The notes below the pieces were generated by a model. It saw only the letters and a program-made list of their open reading frames with translations. It was not told where the DNA came from and ran no database searches. The position numbers and the translations under genes are program-made. A DNA stretch of 64,000 bases from Epithemia pelagica (Eukaryota; Protista; Bacillariophyta): contig OX337239.1 in the NCBI GenBank assembly GCA_946965045.2, positions 1,054,001 to 1,118,000 of the forward strand, read 5' to 3'. Below, one piece after another: positions 36,043 to 46,285 of the stretch; the stretch's first letter is position 1; each line of letters begins with the position of its first letter.

Positions 36043-36744
36043 CATGTCCAAGTTGAATCGAAGTTGACAGGGAAATTTACGGAACAGCTTGTGGAACCGA
36101 TCATTTTCCAATTGCACTGCCATTTCATGGTACAGCAACTTTCTTGGCATATTGATTCAACCGAATGACAGCCACCAGACTTGGCATGCGTCGATCAAAA
36201 GAGGAGGATACAAATGGATGCACGGAACAACAACTTCATCGTTTCCAAAAAATCTCGCTAAACCTTTGGTGGAGAACGGCACCACAACAAGCGACCAAAC
36301 ATCTGTACCGTATGTTGATCCGTCACAGAGACTTGACAGGAAAGTCTAGCTGTACGATCTGGTAACTACCTCGCGGTTCCACGCAAAATCTCAACTGTTT
36401 GAATCCTCTTGCGTTTCGGCATGTCCAAGTGACGTCAACACGAGATCACAGAAAAGCTTGTGGTACCAATCTTTTCCCATTGTTCTGCCAATTCATGGCA
36501 CAGCAACTATCTTGGCATGGTGGATCAATCGAATGACAGCCACCAAACTTGGCACTAGTCGATCCCTGAGGATACAAATGCATGCACGGAAGAATAAACT
36601 TCATGCCTTTCACGCTACCTTTGGCAGAGAACGGCACCACGCCAAGCGACCAAACCGGCACCTGATCCGTACCAGAGCCTTCTGGCAGCTACCTCGCGGT
36701 GCCACGCAAAGTCTCAACTATTGGAATCGCTCCTCCTGCGTTTC
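36043..36744. repeat. Diverged head-to-tail tandem duplication (~375 bp and ~325 bp units)
   Basis: Copy 1 36043-36417 and copy 2 36420-36744 share blocks such as CATGTCCAAGT, AGCTTGTGG, CGAATGACAGCCACCA, GAGAACGGCACCAC, CAAGCGACCAAAC and CTACCTCGCGGT in the same order. Confidence 0.85.
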
Positions 36745-37665
36745 TACTGGTGCGCACAAATCGGCACACCGTCATGTGCTGCGAGTCTCGCGTTTGTGAC
36801 AACGCGGCTATCACTAGAATACACAACAAAGAGGGAATCTTGTTTGTTCACAGTGATCCAATCCATCGATCCAAACGCTGTTTGCTTGTAGTCGAACATG
36901 GATTCGTCATCTAGTCTGTATGGAAAGCGTTGCTTTCAGAATCAACCAGTTTGTCTCGGCGTCCTCTTGACCCTGACTGTGTGTGTTGCATAATATAGGA
37001 CAGACCCGATTCGATGGATGGGGGAAGTAGTGGAGAGCGACTTCGTCAGTCGTCGCTGATCAAAAGATTTGCAATTTTTACGACGGCAAGATTGACCACA
37101 CGTTTTTTCTTCTCTGAATCACACATTCCAAATTCCCCCAGTCCCCAAGAAAGACACCCAAGAAGAAATCATTTGTGGGAGGTACAGGAAATGAAAGGAA
37201 ATAGACTGTAAGGCATAAGAAGAAAGGATCGGTGATTTCTGACTCCGGAGGGTTCTTGGAAGGGCGCAATCTCGTTGGGAATATTCGGATGGTCCGAAAG
37301 TTCTCATCGTGTGAGCGGAGGGCGGAGGGCCAAAGTTCTGGTGGCATGGTTTGCATCTTGCATCATCCCTCGTCATCACCACCAGACCAAGAACCTCTCC
37401 CTACCCCGATCCCCAATAAGGCTATGCTAGCAGTATCCCATCGCCCAGCCAATGCCTCTACTCCTAGAGTCCTCTCATCTCAGACTTGAGAAGAAGATAT
37501 TATGAATACAAGTATAACAAAGATCCATAGGAACAAATGAAACAACAACAGCGATTCTAGCTAGTTTTTCAGATCCGCGCATCAAGTAGTAGTAGTAGGC
37601 AAATATTTACAGCAGGTGTACACACTCCATTCTTGTTCCGGGAGGAGAAAGCGGGACGGTCCAAT

Positions 37666-38679
37666 TCACCGCACGGCGGAATCTTTGCCAGGAGCAGGAT
37701 TCCAAAACTCTTCCGAGGTGCGTTTGGCAGACAATGGAGTGGGTGTTGGAGTGTTGTTGGTAGGGAAGCGCGCCAAAATGCGTCGTCCGTGCAGTTGCAG
37801 CGACCGTCGCAACTGTCCTCGTCGAGCACAGGCCCTGCGATGTCGTTGAATTGCCAGGACTTGGTCTCGCACCAACGTCAATTCGGATCGAGGACTGCCC
37901 GAACTGCGACAAACATCCTCGCGTACGGCAACGGGCAAGACAAGTTGAATAGTGTCGCGACGAGGACCGCGATGCGCTTCGTACTCCTCAATGGACAATT
38001 GTACATGATGAACGGCCGTCCATTGAATCGTTACGGGGACGCCACTGGAGACACTGGGATTGTCCCCCAATTGCATTTCGTGATCGTAAATGTCCAATAC
38101 ATGCCATGTAACGTGGTGTCTTTCTGTTTTCGAACTGCCAATGATGGAACTCGATTGCTTCAAACACGATTTGATTGGTCTTTGTACTTTGGCTGGATCC
38201 ACGTCGTTCGCCGAGGTCATAGATATTGGTTCCGACTCGGTCTCGGCATCCTGCGTTTCTGGTAGCTCCGGACAGGAACCCAAGTCCATGACAAACAAGG
38301 GCTCCACCAATTTAGTATCGTCTTTTTCGTGGTCCACATCAAAGGTGTTTGTATGCTCCTCCTTTATTAATTGGGGTTTCTGACTGTCCTCATTTTCCTC
38401 GTTTTGGACTTGTTCCAGTAGCAACAAGGAAAAGGAGCTGCTGCTATTGTGGGAAGACATGGAGGAGCCAAGGGTGGCATCTTCTACAGGGCCAGAAGAA
38501 GATGCTTGAAAGAAAGAATTGCGACCAGACCGTCTTCTTCTTCGTCGTCCTTGAGGACGGCCAAGCAATTCCGAAACTTTGTCGGTCGTCGTGTCTTCTT
38601 CTTCTTCTGAGGCTCTTTGTTTGGACCAGGATGCATCTCGTTTGGATACAGCTCGTTTCGGAAGGGCAAACAAGGTCAT
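37666..38679 (-). CDS. Hypothetical protein with 'HVTW...LGDNPSVSSGVPVTIQW' motif (possible PP1-docking, CSRNP-like)
   Basis: 337-aa ATG-started ORF. The motif is shared with the ORF at 47116-49368 and is preceded by 'KSCLK'. Confidence 0.7.
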   Translation of the reverse strand: MTLFALPKRAVSKRDASWSKQRASEEEEDTTTDKVSELLGRPQGRRRRRRSGRNSFFQASSSGPVEDATLGSSMSSHNSSSSFSLLLLEQVQNEENEDSQKPQLIKEEHTNTFDVDHEKDDTKLVEPLFVMDLGSCPELPETQDAETESEPISMTSANDVDPAKVQRPIKSCLKQSSSIIGSSKTERHHVTWHVLDIYDHEMQLGDNPSVSSGVPVTIQWTAVHHVQLSIEEYEAHRGPRRDTIQLVLPVAVREDVCRSSGSPRSELTLVRDQVLAIQRHRRACARRGQLRRSLQLHGRRILARFPTNNTPTPTPLSAKRTSEEFWNPAPGKDSAVR

Positions 38680-39295
38680 CCTTAGAAGCCGTTGGTATGT
38701 TTGGATTGCACGTGTACAAGAAATTTCTTTTTGCGGTTGAGAGACTCCGTTTGCGTTGTAGGATCAAAGCACAAAAGGAGGATATGAGTATGAGAGCGTT
38801 TGGTTTTTTATAACACAATTGCGAAGGCTTCGAATTGAGGGCTTTCGGTGATGCTGTTGCTGCTGTTGCTGTTTGGCTACGGTGTTTGGATGAGTGAATT
38901 CGTGTTGAGAGGGACCCGGTTCTTCGCGGCTGAACCACGCACATGCACAAGAAGTTCTCGTACGGCCCTACTGACCACACTCCATCACCCTTTCCGGTTA
39001 TTCGCGATTTTACTCTGAAATAAATAGTACGCCTACTGTTCACATTTTTGAGAGAAAATATAAGTAGTGTACAAGTTTCGCACAGTTGACGTTGTTGGAG
39101 CTGTTGAGACCTCAAAAACGAACACCCCAATGGCACCTAAAAGCAGCCATTTTATTACACTCCCGAGAGATATTTGGATGCGGCCTTAACACCATTTGTT
39201 AATGACCAACATGAGAAAGACTCCAAGGAGTATCAAAATGGAAAATATACAAAAATGAGACGTCACGACGACAAAATTCGAGAAAAACGACACTA

Positions 39296-39326
39296 CAAGC
39301 TGGCTCACATTTCGTAGTGCATGAGT
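39296..39326 (+). repeat. Left terminal inverted repeat
   Basis: Pairs with 46255-46285; preceded by TA. Confidence 0.93.
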
Positions 39327-39493
39327 ATATTAGTGTACAGGACTGTACCGAGAAAAAACTTGTACACAAAACTCCACAGTGGAAAATCCGCAGCAACCAT
39401 GACAGTGGGACGGCCCGATGTTTGGGCAAATACGATGGCATTCATGGCCTCAAACACTAGAACTGCTGTTACTAATCGACTAAGTAGGTTCTA

Positions 39494-40000
39494 TTAGACA
39501 TCTGCTGTGAAAAATAGGTTCTGGGTGGGGAACTTCGTCGTCATGTAGCCCAGAGCAGTCTTGAGCTCGTTCATGTGGAAGAGGCTCATATAGATGGTCA
39601 GGACCATTGGGTCCATGCTGCTCTTGGTATCAATTGTGCAGCGTGTATAGAATTGAATGCGGCCCTTCTTCTTGCTGGAGTCCGTGGGTGAAAGAACTTC
39701 CTTCATCACGGTCTTCACAATGAACCCAACTGGCAGCACGAGCAGCGGGTCAGCGAACTCAGATCGCGCTTCCCTTTTGTAGAAAGCCAACCGAAGATAG
39801 TCGGTGCTTGTCTCGCGTTGGAGGAGAGCATGCCCACGGTCCACAACATTTCTTCCATTTCGTTCTTCCTTGTCATCAACAATGTCCGACACGAGAACAT
39901 TCACCCTATCTGCGTAGAAACTTGTCCGAAAGTTGCACCGACTTTTGTCATTTTCAGGGCCGTCATGGTCCTTGTTGAAATAGAAGTCAATCTCCTCCAT
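39494..40000 (-). CDS. Transposon cargo: 168-aa protein, predicted PH-like fold
   Basis: ATG-started ORF inside the TIRs. About seven alternating-hydrophobic strands followed by a C-terminal amphipathic helix 'LFHMNELKTALGYMTTKF'. The fold call is inference. Confidence 0.65.
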   Translation of the reverse strand: MEEIDFYFNKDHDGPENDKSRCNFRTSFYADRVNVLVSDIVDDKEERNGRNVVDRGHALLQRETSTDYLRLAFYKREARSEFADPLLVLPVGFIVKTVMKEVLSPTDSSKKKGRIQFYTRCTIDTKSSMDPMVLTIYMSLFHMNELKTALGYMTTKFPTQNLFFTADV

Positions 40001-40281
40001 GCTTGTCGATTGTGGAAAACTGTTTACTCCACGCCGAGTTGATTGTTAGATTCAAATCACTTTTGTTTCTTGTTTGCGTATCGTTTCCGGATGCATCCAA
40101 AATGTGGGAGCCACACGGGTTGGTCGGATCTTGGGCGCGCACCGCTTTCCGTTGGTCTATCCGTTGCTCTAAGTAGGTTGATTGAGTTTGGTCTTGTCCG
40201 AGCATGCACATTCCCACATGCCATCCAACCAACACACAGCATGGCGAGTTCTGTGAGTGTGGGTCTCACAAAAAACAAAGC

Positions 40282-41214
40282 ATGAGCAGCAACAGCAACC
40301 ATCGCTACCCAAGTCGTACCCGCACGAAAACGGCAATCTTCCTGGAGGACATCAAGGAAGAAGCTGCTGTTACTCCAGGGAAGCCTTCTCGAGGAGGAAG
40401 GGCATCGGCAACGAAGCTCCCTCCGAAGAAGAGCTCCGGAAAGAAGAATGCCAGGAAAAAACGCCGGACGAAGAAGACAAATCCCGAGGAGCTCCCCCTA
40501 CCCCAGTCTCCAGAGTTTGTTATTTCCAAGGTGGTTGGGGAGACTCCGGACAACAGCGGGGTTGACAAGAAGCTGGCAGGAGGAGGAATGAACGACGCTG
40601 TGGTATTGGTGCCGGCGGCCAGCAGTGACGCAGAGAAGAGGTTCGAGACTGCGCTCAAGGAAGCGCAGTGGCATCTCATCCTTGGTGATGCCAATGGAGC
40701 AACAACACTTATGATTGGTAGAAACTATCAAGGCACGGGTAAGAAAGTCTCCATTGGAGAGATCGTGGAAACGCTCCGGCAAACCGAGAGCAGCCACAAT
40801 CCCAGAATTGACAAAACAGTCAACAACAATGGTAAGTTGAACGTGGACTCTTTGCAATTGAAATGAGCTTGTACTGACCTTGTATTGTTTTCAGGACAGG
40901 ATGGAATGATGGTAACCAGCACTCCCTTGAAGAAGGAGGACGATTTGATCGCTGAAGCGGAGACTGTTGCAAAATCCAATGTGGATTGGCAATACATGAC
41001 GCCAGGTGAAAAGCACGCACACAATCGACGTGAGGCGGAGAAGACTGTGCAGTTCATGCCTGGAAGTCGTGCATTTGAGCCGCAGCACAAAAGCCCGAGT
41101 CTCTTTTGCGAGGATGCTTCGGATGACCACGCAGCAACTTACGATTCACACGTAGATGATGGATTTGAAGATACGCAGGAAAATAGTTTTAGTCAGGAGT
41201 ATTACAAGTTCTAG
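40282..41214 (+). CDS. Transposon cargo: spliced ~289-aa protein with basic/NLS-rich N-terminus
   Basis: Exons 40282-40831 and 40895-41214. The 63-nt intron has GTAAGT, a TACTGAC branch site and a TTTCAG acceptor, and joins the two ORFs in frame (N-G|QDG). 'KKSSGKKNARKKRRTKK' tract. Confidence 0.75.
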
Positions 41215-41285
41215 TTACATATAAGAAACCATATCTAAATATTGAAGAATTGCTGTTGTTTACTGCTACTACTGCCTTAGTTCTT

Positions 41286-42389
41286 CTACTCATCTTCGTC
41301 GTCATCTGAATCCTCATCGTCCTCGTCATCCGAATCCTCATCATCCTCGTCATCCGAATTCTCTTGTTCTTCATCATCCGAATCCTCATCATCCAAATCC
41401 TCATCTTTGTCGTCATCGTTGCCATCATCGTCTTCTTCGTCGTGGTCGCCATCCGAATCTTCAGAAGTGTTGTCGTGTTCATCCTGGCTTCCTGCCCTCA
41501 TGCCCGACACCAGATTGTAGCACCAGAAGATTTCTTCATTCTTCTTGATGTTTCGTCTCGCTGTTGCCTTGAGCTTCGTACTGACTTGGACATTATAACA
41601 CTTGGCATCCGGGTCGACGGATTCGTTGGTCTTGTGCTTCTCGTACTGTGGATCGTTTGCAAAGTGCAAACCCATCCAAAGGTCTGATGCAGATGGATCC
41701 ACGAAGGCAAAAGGCCTTGTGCGCAGTTGAATAGCGTAAGCAGAAGGCGGACGGGACTTGTCCAAGACCTTCCCACAATAATATCCAAGCATTTCGCCTT
41801 TTTTGTAGGGCTTTGCTGCAAAAAGCCCAAGACGGGCGTTGTCCAAGGTTGATCGCTTGATCACGAACAGATCTTCGTCGAGGTACCGAACAATGCACTC
41901 GTACTTTTGTGAATTGTCGTTTAGGTCCACCATCATTGTCCCCTCGATGAGTAGATTGTCCTTATGTTTCTTGTGCTTTCCAGTCCCTTTCTTCTTGTTG
42001 TACTTGCTGGGGGCGTAGTGCTTGACTGCTGTGCCAACAGGTTGGCCCTTGGTGTCGTGGCCCTTCCGCACCTGTGCACCTTGAATGTTCACGATGCCCT
42101 TGATGTGGGAGGAAATGAACCGATACATTTCGATTCTTTCCTCCAAAGTGCCATTACCGAACAGTACTTCTAGCTTGGCCATCAGATTTTCTGCCTTCAC
42201 TGCCCGCGGAGTTCTTGTTGTCGCGATCTTTTTTTTCGCTCGTTCTTTCTGGTTGAGCTCATCCATCTTGTATTTTCGATTTTGCTGCTTGCGAGGAAGC
42301 TTTGAAGGACGATACATTGCTGCTTTTGCTCCTTTTGTCTTGGAGCGTGTCTGTCGCTGGGTAGCGGATCGTGTCTGTCGCTTTCCCAT
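41286..42389 (-). CDS. Transposon cargo: SET-domain (lysine methyltransferase-like) protein with D/E-rich tail (~367 aa)
   Basis: SET motifs 'RLGLFAAKPYKKGEMLGYYCG', 'LHFANDP' and 'ATARRNIKKNEEIFWCY'. Basic N-terminus; about 60-aa acidic tail with DEDDEDSD repeats. The first ATG is at 42389; the frame is open to a GTG at 42449. Confidence 0.88.
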   Translation of the reverse strand: MGKRQTRSATQRQTRSKTKGAKAAMYRPSKLPRKQQNRKYKMDELNQKERAKKKIATTRTPRAVKAENLMAKLEVLFGNGTLEERIEMYRFISSHIKGIVNIQGAQVRKGHDTKGQPVGTAVKHYAPSKYNKKKGTGKHKKHKDNLLIEGTMMVDLNDNSQKYECIVRYLDEDLFVIKRSTLDNARLGLFAAKPYKKGEMLGYYCGKVLDKSRPPSAYAIQLRTRPFAFVDPSASDLWMGLHFANDPQYEKHKTNESVDPDAKCYNVQVSTKLKATARRNIKKNEEIFWCYNLVSGMRAGSQDEHDNTSEDSDGDHDEEDDDGNDDDKDEDLDDEDSDDEEQENSDDEDDEDSDDEDDEDSDDDEDE

Positions 42390-42751
42390 GGTCGTTGCAA
42401 GCTGCTGCACTTTTTGCTGGGCTGCCGAAAAACTCTGGGACCGCTGCACTTTATGAAAGGGATCTTTGGGGGGTAGAAGGCGCAGAAACGCCCCCTTTCA
42501 GCTTCCGAATGAGTGTGGTGTTGAGTGAAAACCGCATTGACAGTAATCAGACTGTCGTTTGTACAATGTGGATCAGACTACTTGTCACCCTTTCACCAAT
42601 GAACTTCGCAGACCCTCGGGGGTTCAAAAAAAGGATTTCTCATTTTCTCACAAAATCTCGGAAGATGAAACAGGGAGAGGTCCTTGTGCATGACGACGTA
42701 CAAGTATGAAAGCTCTAAGGTACGTAAACACTTTGAATTATAATATTAATT

Positions 42752-45700
42752 TCAGCGTTCAGCTTCTTGTGCCTCCTTCCAGACTTGCTGGATGAAGGAA
42801 TGCTCTTGATCCAGCGTACAACGGTGAGTCTTCATACTTACATTCACATACTTCTCAATTTCTACAAACAGGATGTCGTTCGTTGTGCCCTGGTTCTTCT
42901 TGTCAAACAACTGATAGGTGAGCATATACCGCCGTGCTTTAGCGGAGAACTTGCGTACCGTGCTCAATGTCACTCTGCCAATACTCGTTCTCACCACTTC
43001 CATGAACTTTGTCTTCGTTGCTTTCTTGCTCTTTGTCAAGCGACGGAAGTATCGCTTTCCAAGACCCCATGCGTACTCGATCCCTTCACCCGCGAGTTCG
43101 CAGTGGTACTTCGGTGTCACAAGGATCTCAAGATTGCGAGAATATCGCTTTGAGAGATCAACCGCCAGTTGTTCGAGGGCGGATCTCTCGTTCTTGAAGT
43201 CCTCACATGATCCCATCAGGTAAGTCAATGAGTATTTCTTGTATTCTTCCATCATGTCATCGCGGACCTGTCCTGAACCATCCAACCATGTCTTACTCAC
43301 ATCCTTGCGGTATTCCTGGAGCTTGGTGGTGTCAATGAAACCACGCTCGCCCAGAACTTGGAAGAGACCCTTTGGTTGCCCGAGCCAGCCCTGCTCCATG
43401 ACAACTTGGTCTACCTCGGTTGGTAGCTTCCTTGCTGTCGAAATTGCCTGGAGCTGGTCAAGGGATTTGGAATGGTAGGCTTGAAGTGCCCTGTCGCCAT
43501 GTTGAGCTCCTTGTTGAATGTCATTTCAAATGAGCTCACCAATCAATTCTTTCTTGGACAGCTTGTGTTTCTTTGTTTGATTGGCTGGGTGGTCGAACTT
43601 CATTTGTTGTCGTTGCTCCTCCGTCAGAGGAACACCCTTAGAAGCAAATGGGCCAGGGTCCTCATCTGTGTAGACCATGGACTGCTTGGACCCTGGCTGA
43701 AGACGATGAGGGTGTGGATATGGACCAATGGACTCAACAATGGTCTCATGCATCCTGGGTACAACTCCACCCCAATCCTTGTTCATCGTTTTCTCGTTGA
43801 GCCCATCTTTCTGTTTTCGTCCGTGGCCACTACTGTTGTCAAAAAGAAAAACAAAATCAAAAGATGGGTACAGGATCATCAAACAATCAACCAAGTCCTC
43901 GAATTGGAGGGCCATGTGGTCGTAGTTCCACCAGCCATCATTGTTGGATCCATAGTCAAAAAACGTGCAAAACGCGCTGGCATCGGTGATCTGCCGGAGC
44001 CGCTTGTGCGTGCCACCAAGGACTTGTTTGGCAGAGTCATCGGCCAAGTAGGTCTGTTGCCTACGGGATTGATTAATTGCATCAATCTTCTCGGGCGTGA
44101 GCAGGACAACTTCGCCTGCGTTGTCCGAATAGAAGCCCCATGCCCGACTCACAAATGCGCTGAGCATGAGTCCATGCCCATTGTCTTTTGGCAAAAGGAC
44201 TCCACGCCCTTGATGGTCCCCCCAACTCTTCTTTGAGAAAGACCATTGCTTGAAAATGGCCTCATCTTGGCCAACAAGGACAACAGGACGACGGTCCGAT
44301 GGGAAACGATGCGACAAATTTCCTCCCAGCAGCTTGTTTTCATCTTTGACATAGGATGAAAACACCTCGGGAAAACAATCAACGTGATACTCCCGCATTT
44401 GTTGATTGGTTGTTGGGTCTTCAAACTCAAAGGCCCAAACGTCCTCCATGAGCTTTTCTGACACACCCTCAATCTCCCCGTGTTCCAGTTTGATTGCTTG
44501 GGTAGCAGGTATCTGGACCCACCGATGTGCGAGCTTCTCCAGCTCGAAGTAAGTGGAAATGAACTGCTTCCGGGCGGCGATATTTTCCGGATCTTCGTGG
44601 CGGTCCGTGTAATAGGACTTTTTGGTTTCAGAAAATCGAAAACCAGCATAATTCAGCATCTTCCATGCTGTACTTACAGAAACACTGGGGAGATTCACTT
44701 TTTGGCGGAACTCATCCAAGGTTAGCAGCCCTGTGATGGATGGCTCCCCGTCTTGGCTCTCCGTGTCTATCTCTTTCTGATACACCACGGGGATCAAAGT
44801 ATCCCGGATGTACGTGGCGGCCGTCTCGCAGGAAAGGGTCTCCAAACGTTGACTGGCCCACTTCTGCAACAACTGGAGTGCTTCTGGGTATTGTCCCAGA
44901 AAGTATGGACATGGCTTCTTCCCTATCTGGATGTACCAGTTTGGATGGGGGAAGTTGCCATTGACCCGGAATGCAACATTGGCTCGTTGCACAGTCTGCC
45001 AATGCTGCAGACCGCGATACGACATTTGACTCTGGTCGGTTGCATATTTGCAACACGACGTCCACGTGGCACCATCCTCCATTGTTTGGAGAGCTCGTTG
45101 ATATGTCAGCCTAAGAACCCTCATTCTCATGAGCATTCTTGGGATCTGGGAGTCTTGGGGTGGCTCATCTTCACCCTTGTTGATGAGAGACAAAAAACAA
45201 TCAAACCGTTGTTCCGCCAATTCAAGTGACTCAATCCACCGTTCCAGCTTCTTTCTCGTTGTCTCCCCATTCACTCTCGGACCAAAGATTTTGCTCACAA
45301 CGGGCCGGTCGAAGAAATCTACGGCAGAAGAGTCACTGGAGGCATTGGAATGCTCATTGTTGTTGTTGTTTCCATTGTCGTTTCCTGTGCCTGTGGTTGT
45401 TGTTGTTGTGGTGGTTTCCAGTGCCTCTTCCAAAATCTGCTCTGGGCTTGGTGGTGATGACGCTGCCGTTGTGGCAGTTTCATCATCATCCTTGATTGGT
45501 GTTGTGGGTTTCTTGCGTTTGTTCCTCCCTCCAATTCGAATCCGATTGTGACTTATGAAGTTAAGCCACTCCTCATTCGTGTGGTTGAATTGAGGTGGTG
45601 GATCGGTCTGACGAGCCGAAACATAGTAGAATATTTGTTTCCCACCTCGACGTCGCACCTCGTGGCGGTAGATACCCTTGGGATTCCACTCTTGCGATAG

Positions 45701-45907
45701 GAAATGGAGTCGCCATTCACTACCTGAGCGCATTAAAGATCGATTCATCATTGTTGCGTCGGATAATTCCGGAATCCACTGCTTCAAGAAGACGGCAATC
45801 TCAGCGTCAATAATCCACCGGTTTGTCCAGAGGAAGCGTATTGGATGGCATCTGAAGCCAAATTCGTCGCATATGGTTGTGTATGGCCCTGTATATGATT
45901 GGACCAT
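42752..45907 (-). pseudogene. DDE transposase (~1,050 codons) interrupted by a single in-frame TGA
   Basis: The ORFs 43526-45958 and 42752-43399 share one frame; only the TGA at 43528-43526 separates them. Motifs 'YTDRHEDPE', 'VGQDEAIF', 'YGSNNDGWW', 'FLFDNSSGH', 'PKGLFQVLGERG' and 'TPKYHCELAGEGIEYAWG'. Confidence 0.88.
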
Positions 45908-46254
45908 TTTGTCTGTTCGGGCACAGGCAGAGAGATGGAGGATGAGGGGACTGCCCACGATGTTCGACAGTAGCTACTTTCACTGCTCCTGGAGACTGAA
46001 CCACAGGTCGAAATGCGCGACACCCCTATGATTTTCTACTACTTTTATATCTATCCTATCGATTAGGTTGGGTGGTGTTTCGCATTTCGACCGGCGAATG
46101 GCCATCGTCGCATGAAGCGGTCACTAGGCGTTATTGCATTTTGCATTTTTCAATATGTGCGTGACAAAATGTGAGGAACACGAAAACCGTAAGTGATCCG
46201 AAACGCTGGGGTACTGTGGGCTAAAGTGTAGTATACAATTTCCCACTATGAAAA

Positions 46255-46285
46255 ACTCATGCACTACGAAACGTGAGCCATCTTG
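46255..46285 (-). repeat. Right terminal inverted repeat
   Basis: Pairs with 39296-39326; followed by TA. Confidence 0.93.

Larger units (their letters stand above)
39296..46285 (-). mobile_element. 6,990-bp IS630/Tc1/mariner-superfamily DNA transposon carrying three cargo genes
   Basis: 31-bp TIRs: left CAAGCTGGCTCACATTTCGTAGTGCATGAGT (39296-39326); right 46255-46285, whose reverse complement is CAAGATGGCTCACGTTTCGTAGTGCATGAGT (29/31 identical). TA immediately flanks both ends (39294-95 and 46286-87). A DDE transposase lies inside. Confidence 0.93.

Noticed and set aside
37000-37500. Short ORFs between the tandem duplication and the 37666 gene
   Set aside because: All are under 100 aa, overlap in several frames and carry no recognisable motif or splice model.
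42320-42389. Histone H3 tail mimic in the SET protein N-terminus ('RQTRSATQRQTRSKT' versus 'KQTARKS')
   Set aside because: The similarity is within what K/R/T/S-rich composition gives by chance. It is worth remembering only if automethylation is found.
43454-43539. Intron GTGAGC...CAG to skip the transposase stop
   Set aside because: Both nearby acceptors (43454-55 and 43448-49) put the downstream exon out of frame, while the unspliced frame is continuous apart from the TGA.
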